From contig JAWBTQ010000001.1 in assembly GCA_038841535.1 (NCBI GenBank), forward strand, positions 32,001 to 96,000: DNA of 64,000 nucleotides. The letters are read 5' to 3'. This document shows positions 39,772-49,699 of the stretch, piece by piece. The position numbers and the translations under genes were made by a program. The number at the start of each line of letters is the position of its first letter. Position 1 is the first letter of the stretch. Source of the stretch: Sulfolobales archaeon (GTDB taxonomy: Archaea; Thermoproteota; Thermoprotei_A; Sulfolobales; NBVN01). The notes below the pieces were generated by a model that saw only the letters and a program-made list of their open reading frames with translations, made no database searches and had not been told where the DNA came from.

Positions 39772-39855
39772 GAAACTGGGTTAGTAGTCTCTATGAGTCA
39801 GTAAAGCAAGTTAAGTGGTAGATAGGCTCTCATGGTCTAATAGTTTTTGATGTCA

Positions 39856-41400
39856 CTACCTTACTCTAGAGCTAAAAGCAACTCTAGGTGTCTTACACTT
39901 TGTGTAGTAAGCTACTTCGCTGTTATGTGTGCTCGAATTGGTCACAGGCTGGAAAGAGCTCTTTACTTCAGTGCTCGCGGTCTCTACTTCTATTTTTAGC
40001 TTTATTTTGACTTCGCCACGTAGGTACTTAACTAAGTTCCTGAGTGCCTCTAGCCAGGCTCTCGATAAGTTCCGTATGTTGCCGACGTCAGAGAGGTAAT
40101 ACGCTAGTGTGCCGAGTGTTGCGTAGAGCAGTGGAGTTATTTGAATCATGTAGAAGCTGTACTGACTCTTATTACCGATGAGCCAGAGGAAGACGTACAT
40201 CAACCAAGTTATCCACGTGTAAGCCCAAAGTTTGCCTTCACCTGGTAACTTCCTCACGTGTGGTATGATGTAGATACTAAGTAAGGCTGTAGCTACATAG
40301 AGTACTGGGTTCCCTGAAGCCACTAAGTCTGCTACGAAACCTACCCCCATCTCATACTTGTAGTGAAGTATGAACGAGTTTGATCCCAGCAACCAATCCC
40401 AGGGTGAAGCAGAGGGAGGTCCCTTGCCGGGCTCTATCTTAGTAGCCGTATGCCACCTGACAGCACCTTCAACTGCTTCAGACCACCACCGAAAGAAGCT
40501 CCCCTTGAAAGTAATTAGCGGAACCGACAACACTATGAATACCGCTAGTGGAAAATATACTAGTAGTAGAATCGCTAGAGCTGGTGACGTCTTCTTAGAG
40601 TAATTGGAGTAGAGAGCTGGAACAGCAAAGGCCCCACTGAACTTAGTTGTAAAAGCTAGTGAGAGAAAAGTCGAGGACTTGAAGACCTTACCATATATCG
40701 AGAAGAAGAATGCTAAGAACGTAAAGAGGGCTAGAGGTGCGTCAAGCATGGCGACAAGCGTCATAGACCTAAAGGTCCTATCTAGTGTCGTCACGACAGG
40801 CACTACTAGCGACAGGACACCTCCCCAAAACCCTCTGAGAATGGTTCTAAGGAGAACGTATTGAGCCAGCAGTAACCCAGCTCCCGAGGCGATTGATGGC
40901 AGCCTCCAGCACAGTGGTCTATCTCCACACGCTACCATAGCTAAAGCTACGAAGTACTTACCTAGTGGTGGGTGCTCTAGGTTCATGTAGTTCAGTATGT
41001 TTCCGGCATTAGGGTAGCAATACCCGACACCATAGCCCTTAACGTACTGATGAGAGACTATAGATAGAAGAGCTTCTTCGGGTACGTCGACGCAGATAGC
41101 GTAGAGAGGGTTATCACCACTACCGTAGTACTCTGAAGACTTGATGATCCTCCCCCCTAGTCTCTCAACTTCCTCACCCATTTTCTGAGCCATGCTTACG
41201 TAATCACTCCTCCCAACTACTACTAGCTCTAGTGTCACTCTATGCCCCAGATTAGAGGCTCTAGGGTAGACACCGAAGACTTTGTTGAGATAGTTTCTAG
41301 CAGAACTAACGTACCATATCTCGTCCGATATGTAGTCCTCTATGGATAGAGCGTAACTTACCTGGTAATACCCGTAAGCGATTACGACAGCAACGAGCAC
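39856..41400 (-). CDS. GT-C / PMT-like (GT39) protein mannosyltransferase
   Basis: SDEIWYV, NLEHPPLGK, WRLPS and TKFSG; many TM segments. Confidence 0.8.
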   Translation of the reverse strand: MLVAVVIAYGYYQVSYALSIEDYISDEIWYVSSARNYLNKVFGVYPRASNLGHRVTLELVVVGRSDYVSMAQKMGEEVERLGGRIIKSSEYYGSGDNPLYAICVDVPEEALLSIVSHQYVKGYGVGYCYPNAGNILNYMNLEHPPLGKYFVALAMVACGDRPLCWRLPSIASGAGLLLAQYVLLRTILRGFWGGVLSLVVPVVTTLDRTFRSMTLVAMLDAPLALFTFLAFFFSIYGKVFKSSTFLSLAFTTKFSGAFAVPALYSNYSKKTSPALAILLLVYFPLAVFIVLSVPLITFKGSFFRWWSEAVEGAVRWHTATKIEPGKGPPSASPWDWLLGSNSFILHYKYEMGVGFVADLVASGNPVLYVATALLSIYIIPHVRKLPGEGKLWAYTWITWLMYVFLWLIGNKSQYSFYMIQITPLLYATLGTLAYYLSDVGNIRNLSRAWLEALRNLVKYLRGEVKIKLKIEVETASTEVKSSFQPVTNSSTHNSEVAYYTKCKTPRVAFSSRVR

Positions 41401-41519
41401 TAAGACCTCTACTACAGTATACCTTAACAGGGCCTACCACCCTAGGTTTTTATCCACCCACTAATACCATCACTGGAGTTTATTAGTTACTAGAGAAGCC
41501 TAAGTCGTGCTTACAACTG

Positions 41520-41552
41520 AAAACCTCGCTTGTCAGGGCAGGGGGAGGTCAG
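41520..41552 (+). mobile_element. IS605-type right-end hairpin remnant
   Basis: AACCTCGC..CAGGGCAGGGGGAGGTCAG resembles crenarchaeal IS605 right ends, from memory. Confidence 0.4.
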
Positions 41553-41606
41553 AGTTGAAGCCACCGCTCTTTAGGACTGAATGGAGTAGGGTGGGGCTCT
41601 CTGGAG

Positions 41607-42173
41607 TCACGGTTGCGGGGGACTGAAGACGCTGCTAAGTACAGTTTGAGGGAGTCTATCTCTATTAACTTCAGTAACCATGAAGTACAGGGTTCTGAAG
41701 GACTTCGATGCGAAGAGCTTCTTCACTTCTTCAGCTAGCCTTGCGTGTACTACGGCTATCGCTGGCTTAGGTCCGTATAGCGTACTCCATATCTTTTCTC
41801 TTAGCTCCACTACCTTGAGCTCCATAGGGCCTACTTCATCTATGGCAACGAAGTCGCACTCTCGCTCTGCGTACTCCAGAGACCTCACTCCAACTAAAAC
41901 TGCGTCATCTGCTTTAACGCAGTACTTTCCTACAGATATACTACTCAGACCACTCATTTCCCCGCACACGTACGAGAGAACCCCCTCTAGTGGGAGCCCG
42001 ATAGAGACTATCTTAAAGCCTTTCCTCACTCTGCCAACCCTTATCTCAGGGCAGTAAAACCCGCATACTTTATAACCTCTAGTCCTCAAACCTTCTACAA
42101 CCTTCATGAACACCGTCGACTTCCCCACTCCAGGTCTACCAGTGATCAACACCTTTACAGTAAGTTCCTCCAT
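41607..42173 (-). CDS. THEP1-type nucleoside-triphosphatase
   Basis: ITGRPGVGKST, GFYCPEIR, VGKY and IDEVGPMEL. Confidence 0.9.
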   Translation of the reverse strand: MEELTVKVLITGRPGVGKSTVFMKVVEGLRTRGYKVCGFYCPEIRVGRVRKGFKIVSIGLPLEGVLSYVCGEMSGLSSISVGKYCVKADDAVLVGVRSLEYAERECDFVAIDEVGPMELKVVELREKIWSTLYGPKPAIAVVHARLAEEVKKLFASKSFRTLYFMVTEVNRDRLPQTVLSSVFSPPQP

Positions 42174-42290
42174 CTAGATCCAGCCACAAAACCTCTACCG
42201 ACTATAATTAAAACAGCAGCTAGAACTAAATAGCAAACATAAAGCAAGTTTTTTAAGTACTGTCAAGCAGAGTCACGTGGTGTACTAAAG

Positions 42291-42971
42291 ATACGGAAGG
42301 TAGTAGTTAAAGTAACTGGTAAGGTGTTTGATAATGAGAACGGTGCTAACGTTCTAGCAGGTCTTTCTAGCCTTATTAGTAGTAAGGCAGATGAAGGATA
42401 TAGATTTGCTGTAGTAGTTGGTGGAGGAAGGAGAGCAAGAGATTACATCGAGCTAGGGAGAAGGCTCGGGTTAAGCGAGGGGCAGCTAGATGCTGTAGGT
42501 ATCGAAGTTAGTAGAGTAAATGCAGCACTACTAGCTTTTGCCCTAGGTCCAAGAGCCTACCTACCCATACCTAGAAGCATAGACGAGTTCCTGAGGGCGT
42601 GGACTTCCGGTAAAGTCGTTGTCCTTGGAGGTCTGCAGCCTGGGCAGTCTACTAATGCCGTAGCAGCAATTGTAGCAGAAATGACCAACGCAGATCTCAT
42701 ACTGAACGCTACCGATGTCGATGGCATATACGACTCTAACCCAAAGATGAACCCTCAAGCTAGGCTCTTAAAAGAAGTACACATTGGGGAACTAGAGGAA
42801 ATGCTCTCAGATAAGGAGCTAGCGGGATACTACGAGCTATTTGACCGCGTAGGGCTAAACATAGTAAAGAGAAGCAAGATCCCGCTAGTCTTTCTTAGCA
42901 TATACAACACTGAAAACATACGGAGAGCTGTCAATGGAGAAGAATTCGTCGGAACTAGAATAGTATATTAA
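42291..42971 (+). CDS. pyrH: UMP kinase; probable non-canonical start upstream of the tracked ORF 42324
   Basis: In-frame KVVVKVTGKVF, VVGGG, PGQSTNAVA and TDVDGIY. Confidence 0.9.
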   Translation: MRKVVVKVTGKVFDNENGANVLAGLSSLISSKADEGYRFAVVVGGGRRARDYIELGRRLGLSEGQLDAVGIEVSRVNAALLAFALGPRAYLPIPRSIDEFLRAWTSGKVVVLGGLQPGQSTNAVAAIVAEMTNADLILNATDVDGIYDSNPKMNPQARLLKEVHIGELEEMLSDKELAGYYELFDRVGLNIVKRSKIPLVFLSIYNTENIRRAVNGEEFVGTRIVY

Positions 42972-43118
42972 CAACACTTGAGTTAAAACGAAAACATACG
43001 AAAGGACACTAGTATCTAGATCGTTATGCATGAAACCCAACTCGTAGAATGAGTCTCACTTAGAGACTACAAGAATGTCCACTTAAGTGAAAAAGACCTT
43101 TTATCTAAGCTTTCTTGA

Positions 43119-43673
43119 CTAACCGTAACCTAGAGTAAGGTATATAGCATTAGCTAATATACGGAAAGTGTTCTCTGGATGAGCTCTAAATGTCGGGTCT
43201 ATCCCAATTAAAACGACTATGGAACCTGTACTGCTAGTTCCGTGAACTATAACCGGCATACTTGCGGCACCGCTTTCCTTCCAGCGACTCCACATGCCAG
43301 AGACGAAGAATTCGCCTGTAAATATACGAGCGGATACCTTTACACCTACACCAACTCGTGTAAACCAAACAGGTCCATAGACGACGGCGTAGTCGTTCTC
43401 CGGGTATTGCGCTGTAATCGGATCTGCCGTCGAGATCTCGATCTTTATGATTCCATTGTCATCTGATAAACCGGTCATATAGCTAACATCTAGTAACCCG
43501 TATCTAGTAGCCAGGTCTACTCCTGAACGGCAAACACCTATGTAGTTACCACCTCTATTGAAGAACTCTCTGAGAGTAGCCCTACCTGTGTCTGTGAGAA
43601 CTCCCCATAGAAGGGACCAGCTTGAATGTATGAAAATCGAATACTGGAAGCGCGCTCTTAGGAATAAGACGAC
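43119..43673 (-). pseudogene. 5'-truncated fragment with a class I glutamine-amidotransferase-like domain (as at the C-terminus of M14-family peptidases)
   Basis: Frame stays open upstream of 43478 with no start codon: LREFFNRGGNYIGVC..DPTFRAHP..LANAIY. Confidence 0.55.
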
Positions 43674-43761
43674 CTAATAACCTAACTTAAATTATACCAT
43701 TAATAGCATTTTCCGAAGTCCCTCTCGAGATTTTAGTAGGTGAGGTGCGGCCTTCAATGAG

Positions 43762-43846
43762 TGCGGGGGGTGGGATTTGAACCCACGCAGGCCTACGCCA
43801 TCGGGGCCTAAGCCCGACCCCTTCGACCTGGCTCGGGCACCCCCGC
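43762..43846 (-). tRNA. tRNA-Leu (TAG), long variable arm, CCA not encoded
   Basis: GCGGGGG acceptor stem, anticodon arm TCGGG-CTTAGGC-CCCGA and GGTTCAAATCC. Confidence 0.95.
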
Positions 43847-43985
43847 CCACAGAAACCTACAATAAAAGCGTAATAAGCTTTAGTTTAATGAAGTTGTTTC
43901 TATGTCTTATTCGCACCAAGTTGATGGGGTAGGCGTTTAGTTATGTCTATATACGTGCGTGTGTTTTACTCCTTGGTAAACTAGT

Positions 43986-44879
43986 TTGGTAAGTGAGTGG
44001 AGTAGGCTAGTTAGGGAGTCGCTGAAGCTAGACTTGGACAAGGATGTAGTTTTAGAGCTCGTTAGGAGAGTTATTGATGGGAGAAAGTACGTTATCGTCA
44101 GCTCTGTTGGGCTCTTTAAGAGTGTTGGCAGGTACTTTACTCACTTATTGAACTCTCTAACCGGCGTGAATGCTTTCTATTTAGAACCACACGAGTTGAC
44201 GTACTACGTCGCACCGTACGATGAGGGTAGAGAGACTGACGTGCTAGTCGTGACTACTCCAGAAGGTGTTAACGATCTCTACATACTGCTCGACCAGCTG
44301 ACTCTTACGGGACACAGAGTAGCACTCATCACTGAGCCTCTACCGGAGGCTGTTAAGCATAGGTTCGACTGGGTGGAGAGAGCTGAGGTAGCCTGGAACC
44401 GAATGGGCTTACTTAAGCTACTCTGCTTACTGGCCTACACCGCGTCAAGCCTGGGTAGAAAGGAGATACAGGTGAGAACTAGGAAGATTAAGGAAGAGTG
44501 CCTATCTCTCGCCGAGGTTGCCGACGACTTGGTGGAGAGGTACGATAGAGAGCTAAAGTCTATTAGAGAAGCTCTTTCAGAGCCCTACTTGATTACGTAC
44601 ACGCCTACTCTTGAGCCCGCTGCCGAACTGGCTTCACTAGTACTCAGTAAGAGTATTGCTGTCACTGTTGGAATCCCCATTTCCCACCTCTATGTAGGCA
44701 AGTTCTCCAGTAAGGTACTAGCTTTCACGAGTGACGTTGAGGTATACACCATTAGGTACTACTTCAATAAGATAGTCGAGAAGGGTGGTACGATAAACGA
44801 GGTTAGACTGAGAACAGACCCCCTCACAGCACCTCTATACGCACTACTCCTGCTCTACTACACAGCATCGGGGAGATAG
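43986..44879 (+). CDS. Hypothetical protein, possibly a degenerate SIS-domain fold
   Basis: 297-aa ORF with alpha/beta pattern; 1 bp from the next gene. Confidence 0.55.
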   Translation: MVSEWSRLVRESLKLDLDKDVVLELVRRVIDGRKYVIVSSVGLFKSVGRYFTHLLNSLTGVNAFYLEPHELTYYVAPYDEGRETDVLVVTTPEGVNDLYILLDQLTLTGHRVALITEPLPEAVKHRFDWVERAEVAWNRMGLLKLLCLLAYTASSLGRKEIQVRTRKIKEECLSLAEVADDLVERYDRELKSIREALSEPYLITYTPTLEPAAELASLVLSKSIAVTVGIPISHLYVGKFSSKVLAFTSDVEVYTIRYYFNKIVEKGGTINEVRLRTDPLTAPLYALLLLYYTASGR

Positions 44880-44880
44880 G

Positions 44881-45588
44881 ATGAAGCTAGCTCTCCTAAC
44901 AGGCTCGACAGGTGTTTTAGGGAGAAAGCTCGTTCCCTATCTAGCAAAGAGCTATAGGCTGGTACTCCACTATAGAAGCTCTGAAGAAGTCTTCAGCGCG
45001 CTCCTATGCGATCCAGTAGTCAGAAACTCGCTGGCTAAAGCAATAAAGTGGGACTTTAGTGAGGAGAGTGTGGGAGGGTTTATAGATGAAGTCGTTGAGG
45101 TAGGTATACCCAGCTTAGTAATCCTCTCCGCATCACACTTCGATTCAACACCTCTAAGTAGAGTAAGTGAGGAACTATTTGATTACCTAGTTAGAGTAAA
45201 CCTAGTAGCACCTACATACATAGCTCTAAAATTGGGAATGATGATGGAGGAGGGGCTCATAGTTTTTCTAACAGACATGATAGCAACGTCTGGTCACGAA
45301 GTATATGTCGGTTTAAAGCCCTCACTACCTTACGTAGCATCTAGAGGCAGTCTTCACCATGTGGTTAGGTACTTATCTAAGGAGCTAGCACCTAGAGTTA
45401 GAGTAGTCGGGATCGCTGTAGGCTGGGTAGATAATCCTAGAGCAAGCAGAGAGCTGAGAGAGTTAGCCATTAAGTCCATTCCTACTAAGACTTTCGTAAA
45501 CCCTGAAGAGGTTTACCGACTTATAGAGCTCGCAGCAGGTTCTCCAAGTCTTAATGGGGTGTTCCTAACGATAAGTGGGGGAATATAA
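44881..45588 (+). CDS. SDR-family oxidoreductase
   Basis: TGSTGVLG, VNL and YVASR. Confidence 0.8.
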   Translation: MKLALLTGSTGVLGRKLVPYLAKSYRLVLHYRSSEEVFSALLCDPVVRNSLAKAIKWDFSEESVGGFIDEVVEVGIPSLVILSASHFDSTPLSRVSEELFDYLVRVNLVAPTYIALKLGMMMEEGLIVFLTDMIATSGHEVYVGLKPSLPYVASRGSLHHVVRYLSKELAPRVRVVGIAVGWVDNPRASRELRELAIKSIPTKTFVNPEEVYRLIELAAGSPSLNGVFLTISGGI

Positions 45589-45593
45589 ATTAA

Positions 45594-45648
45594 GGTTCAG
45601 CCGCGGGTTCAGATATCACCACTCAACCCTTGTAAGACTCATCACGTC
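45594..45648 (-). ncRNA. C/D-box sRNA predicted to target a tRNA, probably tRNA-Thr(UGU) at U34 and G51
   Basis: GTGATGA-GTCTTACAAGGG-TTGA-GTGGTGATA-TCTGAACCCGCGG-CTGA. Confidence 0.75.
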
Positions 45649-45805
45649 ACTACCTACTCTCTAAGTCCACACACTGAGTTGCTGTAGGCTTTATAACATA
45701 GTGAAGCCATTTCGAACCAGTCGGTGTGGGATTAGAGCTCCCCACTTAAGGACCTGCGATATTAAGGTTATTTCAGTCAGCAGAACAAGATATGGGATTG
45801 AGCTA

Positions 45806-47026
45806 GTGGAAGATGTAGTTACTGAAGTGATTAGGAAGGCCCTGGGTGAGAGTAAGGTCTTTAGGAATAGAGAAGCTCTCGCAAGCGATTATGTGCCTGA
45901 CAAGCTCCCACATAGAGAGGAATACATTAAGAGGATCGCTGAGTTACTATCGCCTGCCCTAAGAGGTGAGAAGCCTAGCAACATACTCATATACGGTCTC
46001 ACCGGGACCGGTAAGACGGCCGTCGTAAAGTACGTTATGAAGCGCTTCGAAGAGCATGCTGAGAAAGTAGGTATAGAGCTGTTTAAGTTTTCTTACGTAA
46101 ACTGCCGCAATGAAGACACTAATTACAGGGTTTTATTTAAGATAGGTTCGGATCTCGGTGTTAAGATCCCGTTCACAGGTCTATCAGTAGCCGAGCTTCA
46201 CAATAGGCTACGCGACTACGTAGACTCTAGAAAGCTTTCTGTAACTATCGTTCTAGACGAAATAGACTTTCTTGTAAAGAAGGTGGGTGACGACCTTCTG
46301 TATAGACTAACTAGAATCAACGACGAGCTTACGCGAAGTAAGGTCAGTATAGTAGGTGTAACCAACGACGTCAAATTTGTGGAGACTCTAGATCCCCGCG
46401 TTAGATCAAGCCTTGGAGAAGTTGAGGTAGTTTTTCCACCTTATGACGCGCTCCAGCTCGCAGACATACTGAGAGAGAGGGCAGCATTAGCGTTTAAGGA
46501 AGGCGTGCTCGAGGAGGGTGTTATAGAGTACTGCGCGTCTGCGGCAGCTAGAGAGCATGGAGATGCCAGAAGAGCTCTAGATCTCCTGAGGTTTGCTGGT
46601 GAAATCGCGGAGCGCGAGGGAGTAGCTAGGGTGAGCATAGCGCACGCTAGAAAAGCTCGTGAAGAGCTAGAGGTAAACGCAGCCACGGAAGTCGTTCGAA
46701 CTCTACCCTATCACAGCAAGCTGGTGCTCCTGTCTCTAGCAGTCATGAAAGGCTTTGCGGAAAGCACTGGCAGTCTCTACCTTGCATACAGGAGGGTATG
46801 TGAGGCTCTCGGAGTAGAGCCCTTAACTCAGAGGAGAGTTAGCGACATAATTAACGAGCTTGATATGCTCGGAGTTCTAACTTCTAAAGTAGTCAATAAG
46901 GGTCGCTACGGCAAGACTAAGGAGGTGAGCTTGGGGGTAGACCCCGCTACAGTACTGAAAGTACTTAGCTCAGACAGTAGGATTGGTGAGTATGTTAAGT
47001 CAGTTAAGATTAGTGGGAATAGATGA
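45806..47026 (+). CDS. cdc6: Cdc6/Orc1 replication initiator
   Basis: YVPDKLPHRE, GLTGTGKT, LDEID, GDARRALD and a winged-helix C-terminus. GTG at 45806 is in frame with ORF 45701. Confidence 0.95.
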   Translation: MEDVVTEVIRKALGESKVFRNREALASDYVPDKLPHREEYIKRIAELLSPALRGEKPSNILIYGLTGTGKTAVVKYVMKRFEEHAEKVGIELFKFSYVNCRNEDTNYRVLFKIGSDLGVKIPFTGLSVAELHNRLRDYVDSRKLSVTIVLDEIDFLVKKVGDDLLYRLTRINDELTRSKVSIVGVTNDVKFVETLDPRVRSSLGEVEVVFPPYDALQLADILRERAALAFKEGVLEEGVIEYCASAAAREHGDARRALDLLRFAGEIAEREGVARVSIAHARKAREELEVNAATEVVRTLPYHSKLVLLSLAVMKGFAESTGSLYLAYRRVCEALGVEPLTQRRVSDIINELDMLGVLTSKVVNKGRYGKTKEVSLGVDPATVLKVLSSDSRIGEYVKSVKISGNR

Positions 47027-47579
47027 CGGGTTTTTCCCACCCGACTACAAAGAGCTGAAGCTAAGGACTATCTTGGTAGGAACTCTATATAGAGGCAGGA
47101 AACCAGTTGACGTCAAGTTAAGAACTATAACAGTAGATGGTACTGACGGCACTGAGAAAGCTGTTGAAATACTCGGTAGCTTGGGAGAGTCTGACGCTGT
47201 TTTTCTAGACGGTGTTACTGTAGCTGGGTTCAACGTAGTAGACCCGGAGGCCCTCCTTAAGCTCAGTAAGTCTGTAGTGGTAATCTACAAGTTTGAACCT
47301 GACATAGATAGAATAGAGAGAGCGCTCAAACACCACTTCAGTGACTGGAGGTTTAGGTACGACATAATACTTAGAGCCTACTCGAGGTCCAGCCTCGTGA
47401 GAACTAAATGGAAAACTATGAGGATAGCTGTATTCGGGGATACAGGTATGGGAGTCGACAGGCTAGTCTCCTACACTCAGCTCGTTTCATCTATTCCAGA
47501 ACCCCTTAGAGCGTCAGACATTATAGCATCAGCTATATCTAGAAACCCGGCTTTGCTGAGTAAGATATCTAGTGAATAA
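46983..47579 (+). CDS. DUF99 family (endonuclease V-like) protein
   Basis: GIDDG, VDGTDGT, DGVTVAGFNVVD and IPEPLR. Confidence 0.85.
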   Translation: MVSMLSQLRLVGIDDGFFPPDYKELKLRTILVGTLYRGRKPVDVKLRTITVDGTDGTEKAVEILGSLGESDAVFLDGVTVAGFNVVDPEALLKLSKSVVVIYKFEPDIDRIERALKHHFSDWRFRYDIILRAYSRSSLVRTKWKTMRIAVFGDTGMGVDRLVSYTQLVSSIPEPLRASDIIASAISRNPALLSKISSE

Positions 47580-47657
47580 GTAAGTTCCTAGTTCCACTGA
47601 GGTTCAGCAACCTATACTACCAGCTACCATCAGGTAAGGTACTTTAAGTAGTTTCAA

Positions 47658-48248
47658 TTACAAAATTTCCTCAGTCGAGAACTCCTCAGTAATCTCTCTT
47701 AACGCACCTATCTCATCCAGTTTCCTGTAGATGTTTTGTACAGCTAAAACTACTTCCTCCTCACTCTTAGCTCCAGTTATGACCATCTTACCACTACTGA
47801 ATATTAAGAGAACAACTCGTGGATTACTCATCTTGTGTATTAGCCCGGGAAACTGCTCTGGTTCATACATTACGTTATCTAAGTACTCTGCCGCTATCTC
47901 TAAGTTAACCTCGGTGTTTAAGTTGGCTGAAGCTACAACGTTTTGTATCTGTATCCTCGGCTTCCCAGTTACGAGAATCCCGTGCTTGTAGAATAGCCTA
48001 AGTATCCTCTTAAACCCCTTAATGAGCATCTCAGTCTTTTTAGCACCAGTAATCACCATCTTACCCGTTCCAAAGACTAGGGCGGTGAGCTTGGGGTTAT
48101 CGAGTCTTAAAACAAGCCCCGGAAACTCTTCCGGGTCGTACTCGACGTTAGGTATGGATCTAGCTATAGCTCCTAAGTCGAGTCCTTGCTCCAGCGTAAC
48201 TGTAGCAACAATGTTCTCAATCTTAATTAGAGGAGTAACTCTACTCAC
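47658..48248 (-). CDS. tbp: TATA-box-binding protein
   Basis: Two repeats of NxVA..YxPEx[13 protein letters not shown]. Confidence 0.97.
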   Translation of the reverse strand: MSRVTPLIKIENIVATVTLEQGLDLGAIARSIPNVEYDPEEFPGLVLRLDNPKLTALVFGTGKMVITGAKKTEMLIKGFKRILRLFYKHGILVTGKPRIQIQNVVASANLNTEVNLEIAAEYLDNVMYEPEQFPGLIHKMSNPRVVLLIFSSGKMVITGAKSEEEVVLAVQNIYRKLDEIGALREITEEFSTEEIL

Positions 48249-48394
48249 ATTACACCCTATGTAGGAGACTAATAAGGCTTATAAAGTTTATAAACCCGAG
48301 GTACGTCCCGCAGTAGCTAACATCAAGATTAGGGACCAGATGATGCCGCGGATTTACCGCTTCTCTACTCACCATCTCGTTATAAGCTATCTAA

Positions 48395-49177
48395 ATGAAA
48401 CTTGTTGGAGTGAGAGAGCTGGAGCTAGTGCCTGGGCTAGAGATAGTGGGTGAGCTCCCAGTAGCTTACTCTAGAAGGCATAGAACACTTATTCTTGCTG
48501 ACGTCCACATAGGGTTCGAGGAAGAGGTGCTATCGAGAGGTGGGTTCATACCCCGCTTTCAGCTCAAGAACACTATCAGGATATTGGAGGACGCTTTCAA
48601 TAGAGTGAGTGCTGAGAGAGTAGTGTTCGCTGGAGACCTAAAGCACTTGTTTGATGCGCTAGGTCGGTTGGAGAGAGTGGAGCTAATGGAGCTACTGACG
48701 TACGTCAAGAAGCACGTAGGTAGTGTGGTAGTCGTGCGCGGTAATCACGACAACTTCTTACCAGCAATGAGGAAGTGGATAGAGTTCGATATGGTAGATA
48801 GCTACTCTTTGCCACCGTACCTGATACTACACGGACACAAACCTCTAAGGGAGGAGCTACACTATCAGCAATGGGAGTACTTAATCATAGGGCACGAACA
48901 CCCTAGCATAGCGCTCAGGGACCCTATCGGCATAGTCGGAAAGTTCTCGTGCTTCCTCGTTGGAGCCATGCCCGCCATAAAGAAGAACATAGTCATACTG
49001 CCGGCCGTTGGAGCATACCAGACAGGGTCTAAAGTAACTCTAATGCGTGAGACGTATCTCTCACCAGTAGTTAAGGAACATGTAGACGTTGAAACCATCA
49101 AGCCTATAGTCGTTGGTACTGATATAGGAGTCCTTGAGTTTCCAACCCTCAGAGAACTTTATGACATAATAATATAG
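48395..49177 (+). CDS. Calcineurin-like metallophosphoesterase
   Basis: ADVHIG, GDLKH, RGNHD, HGH and GHEHP. Confidence 0.9.
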   Translation: MKLVGVRELELVPGLEIVGELPVAYSRRHRTLILADVHIGFEEEVLSRGGFIPRFQLKNTIRILEDAFNRVSAERVVFAGDLKHLFDALGRLERVELMELLTYVKKHVGSVVVVRGNHDNFLPAMRKWIEFDMVDSYSLPPYLILHGHKPLREELHYQQWEYLIIGHEHPSIALRDPIGIVGKFSCFLVGAMPAIKKNIVILPAVGAYQTGSKVTLMRETYLSPVVKEHVDVETIKPIVVGTDIGVLEFPTLRELYDIII

Positions 49178-49261
49178 AAACCACTTCTCTATCCAACATA
49201 TACTCCTCAAAACTCGCTACACTTCGCTAGATAAAGCAGGAGAGTTTAAGCAGCTGTTTCG

Positions 49262-49386
49262 AGTGGGATTCCAGGTATCGCGGTGGTTTATGCTGGTTGC
49301 TTTATCTCCTCGTTTCCGCTTCACCAGTACAGGTCTTGTAACCGCATGACCACTGGTGGCTTTCAGTGTGACCTACCTGGAGCACT
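49262..49386. other. Intergenic nested-stem structure (possible ncRNA or TnpB-element remnant)
   Basis: TCCAGGTA/TACCTGGA encloses GCGGT/ACCGC, CTGGT/ACCAG and CACTG/CAGTG. Confidence 0.35.
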
Positions 49387-49699
49387 AAACGCTTTAGGTA
49401 CGCAGGACAAGTAGATTATATTATCAACCAATACAAAACCTAAGGAGGCTAAACGAGGCTGAAGTAGTTCAAGCCTCGTACCACAGCTAATCAACTACAT
49501 TACTATAGGGAGGGGGGATGTTTTCAATTGCTGAAAAATTATCGAATGTAGGAGTAGCTAGTGCGAGTCAGTGTGAACTAGTGTCTTCACCTATCTAAGG
49601 CTGCCCACTTCATCATCTATGTTGCAGTTGGTTTTGTTACTATTAAATTTATTTTTATACCGTATTTACTAAATTAGTGTGAATAAGACGGTGTCGTGA

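Noticed and set aside
41434-41436. Pyrrolysine or amber recoding
   Set aside because: No pyl genes or CUA-anticodon tRNA are in the window, and TAG is used as a normal stop in many genes here.
47580-47650. C/D-box RNA between DUF99 and tbp
   Set aside because: Only one degenerate C box and one CTGA are present, with no complete box set.
45590-47660. Replication origin (ORB boxes) beside cdc6
   Set aside because: Only a lone partial GTTCCACTG near 47591 was seen, with no repeated ORBs, G-strings or AT-rich unwinding element.
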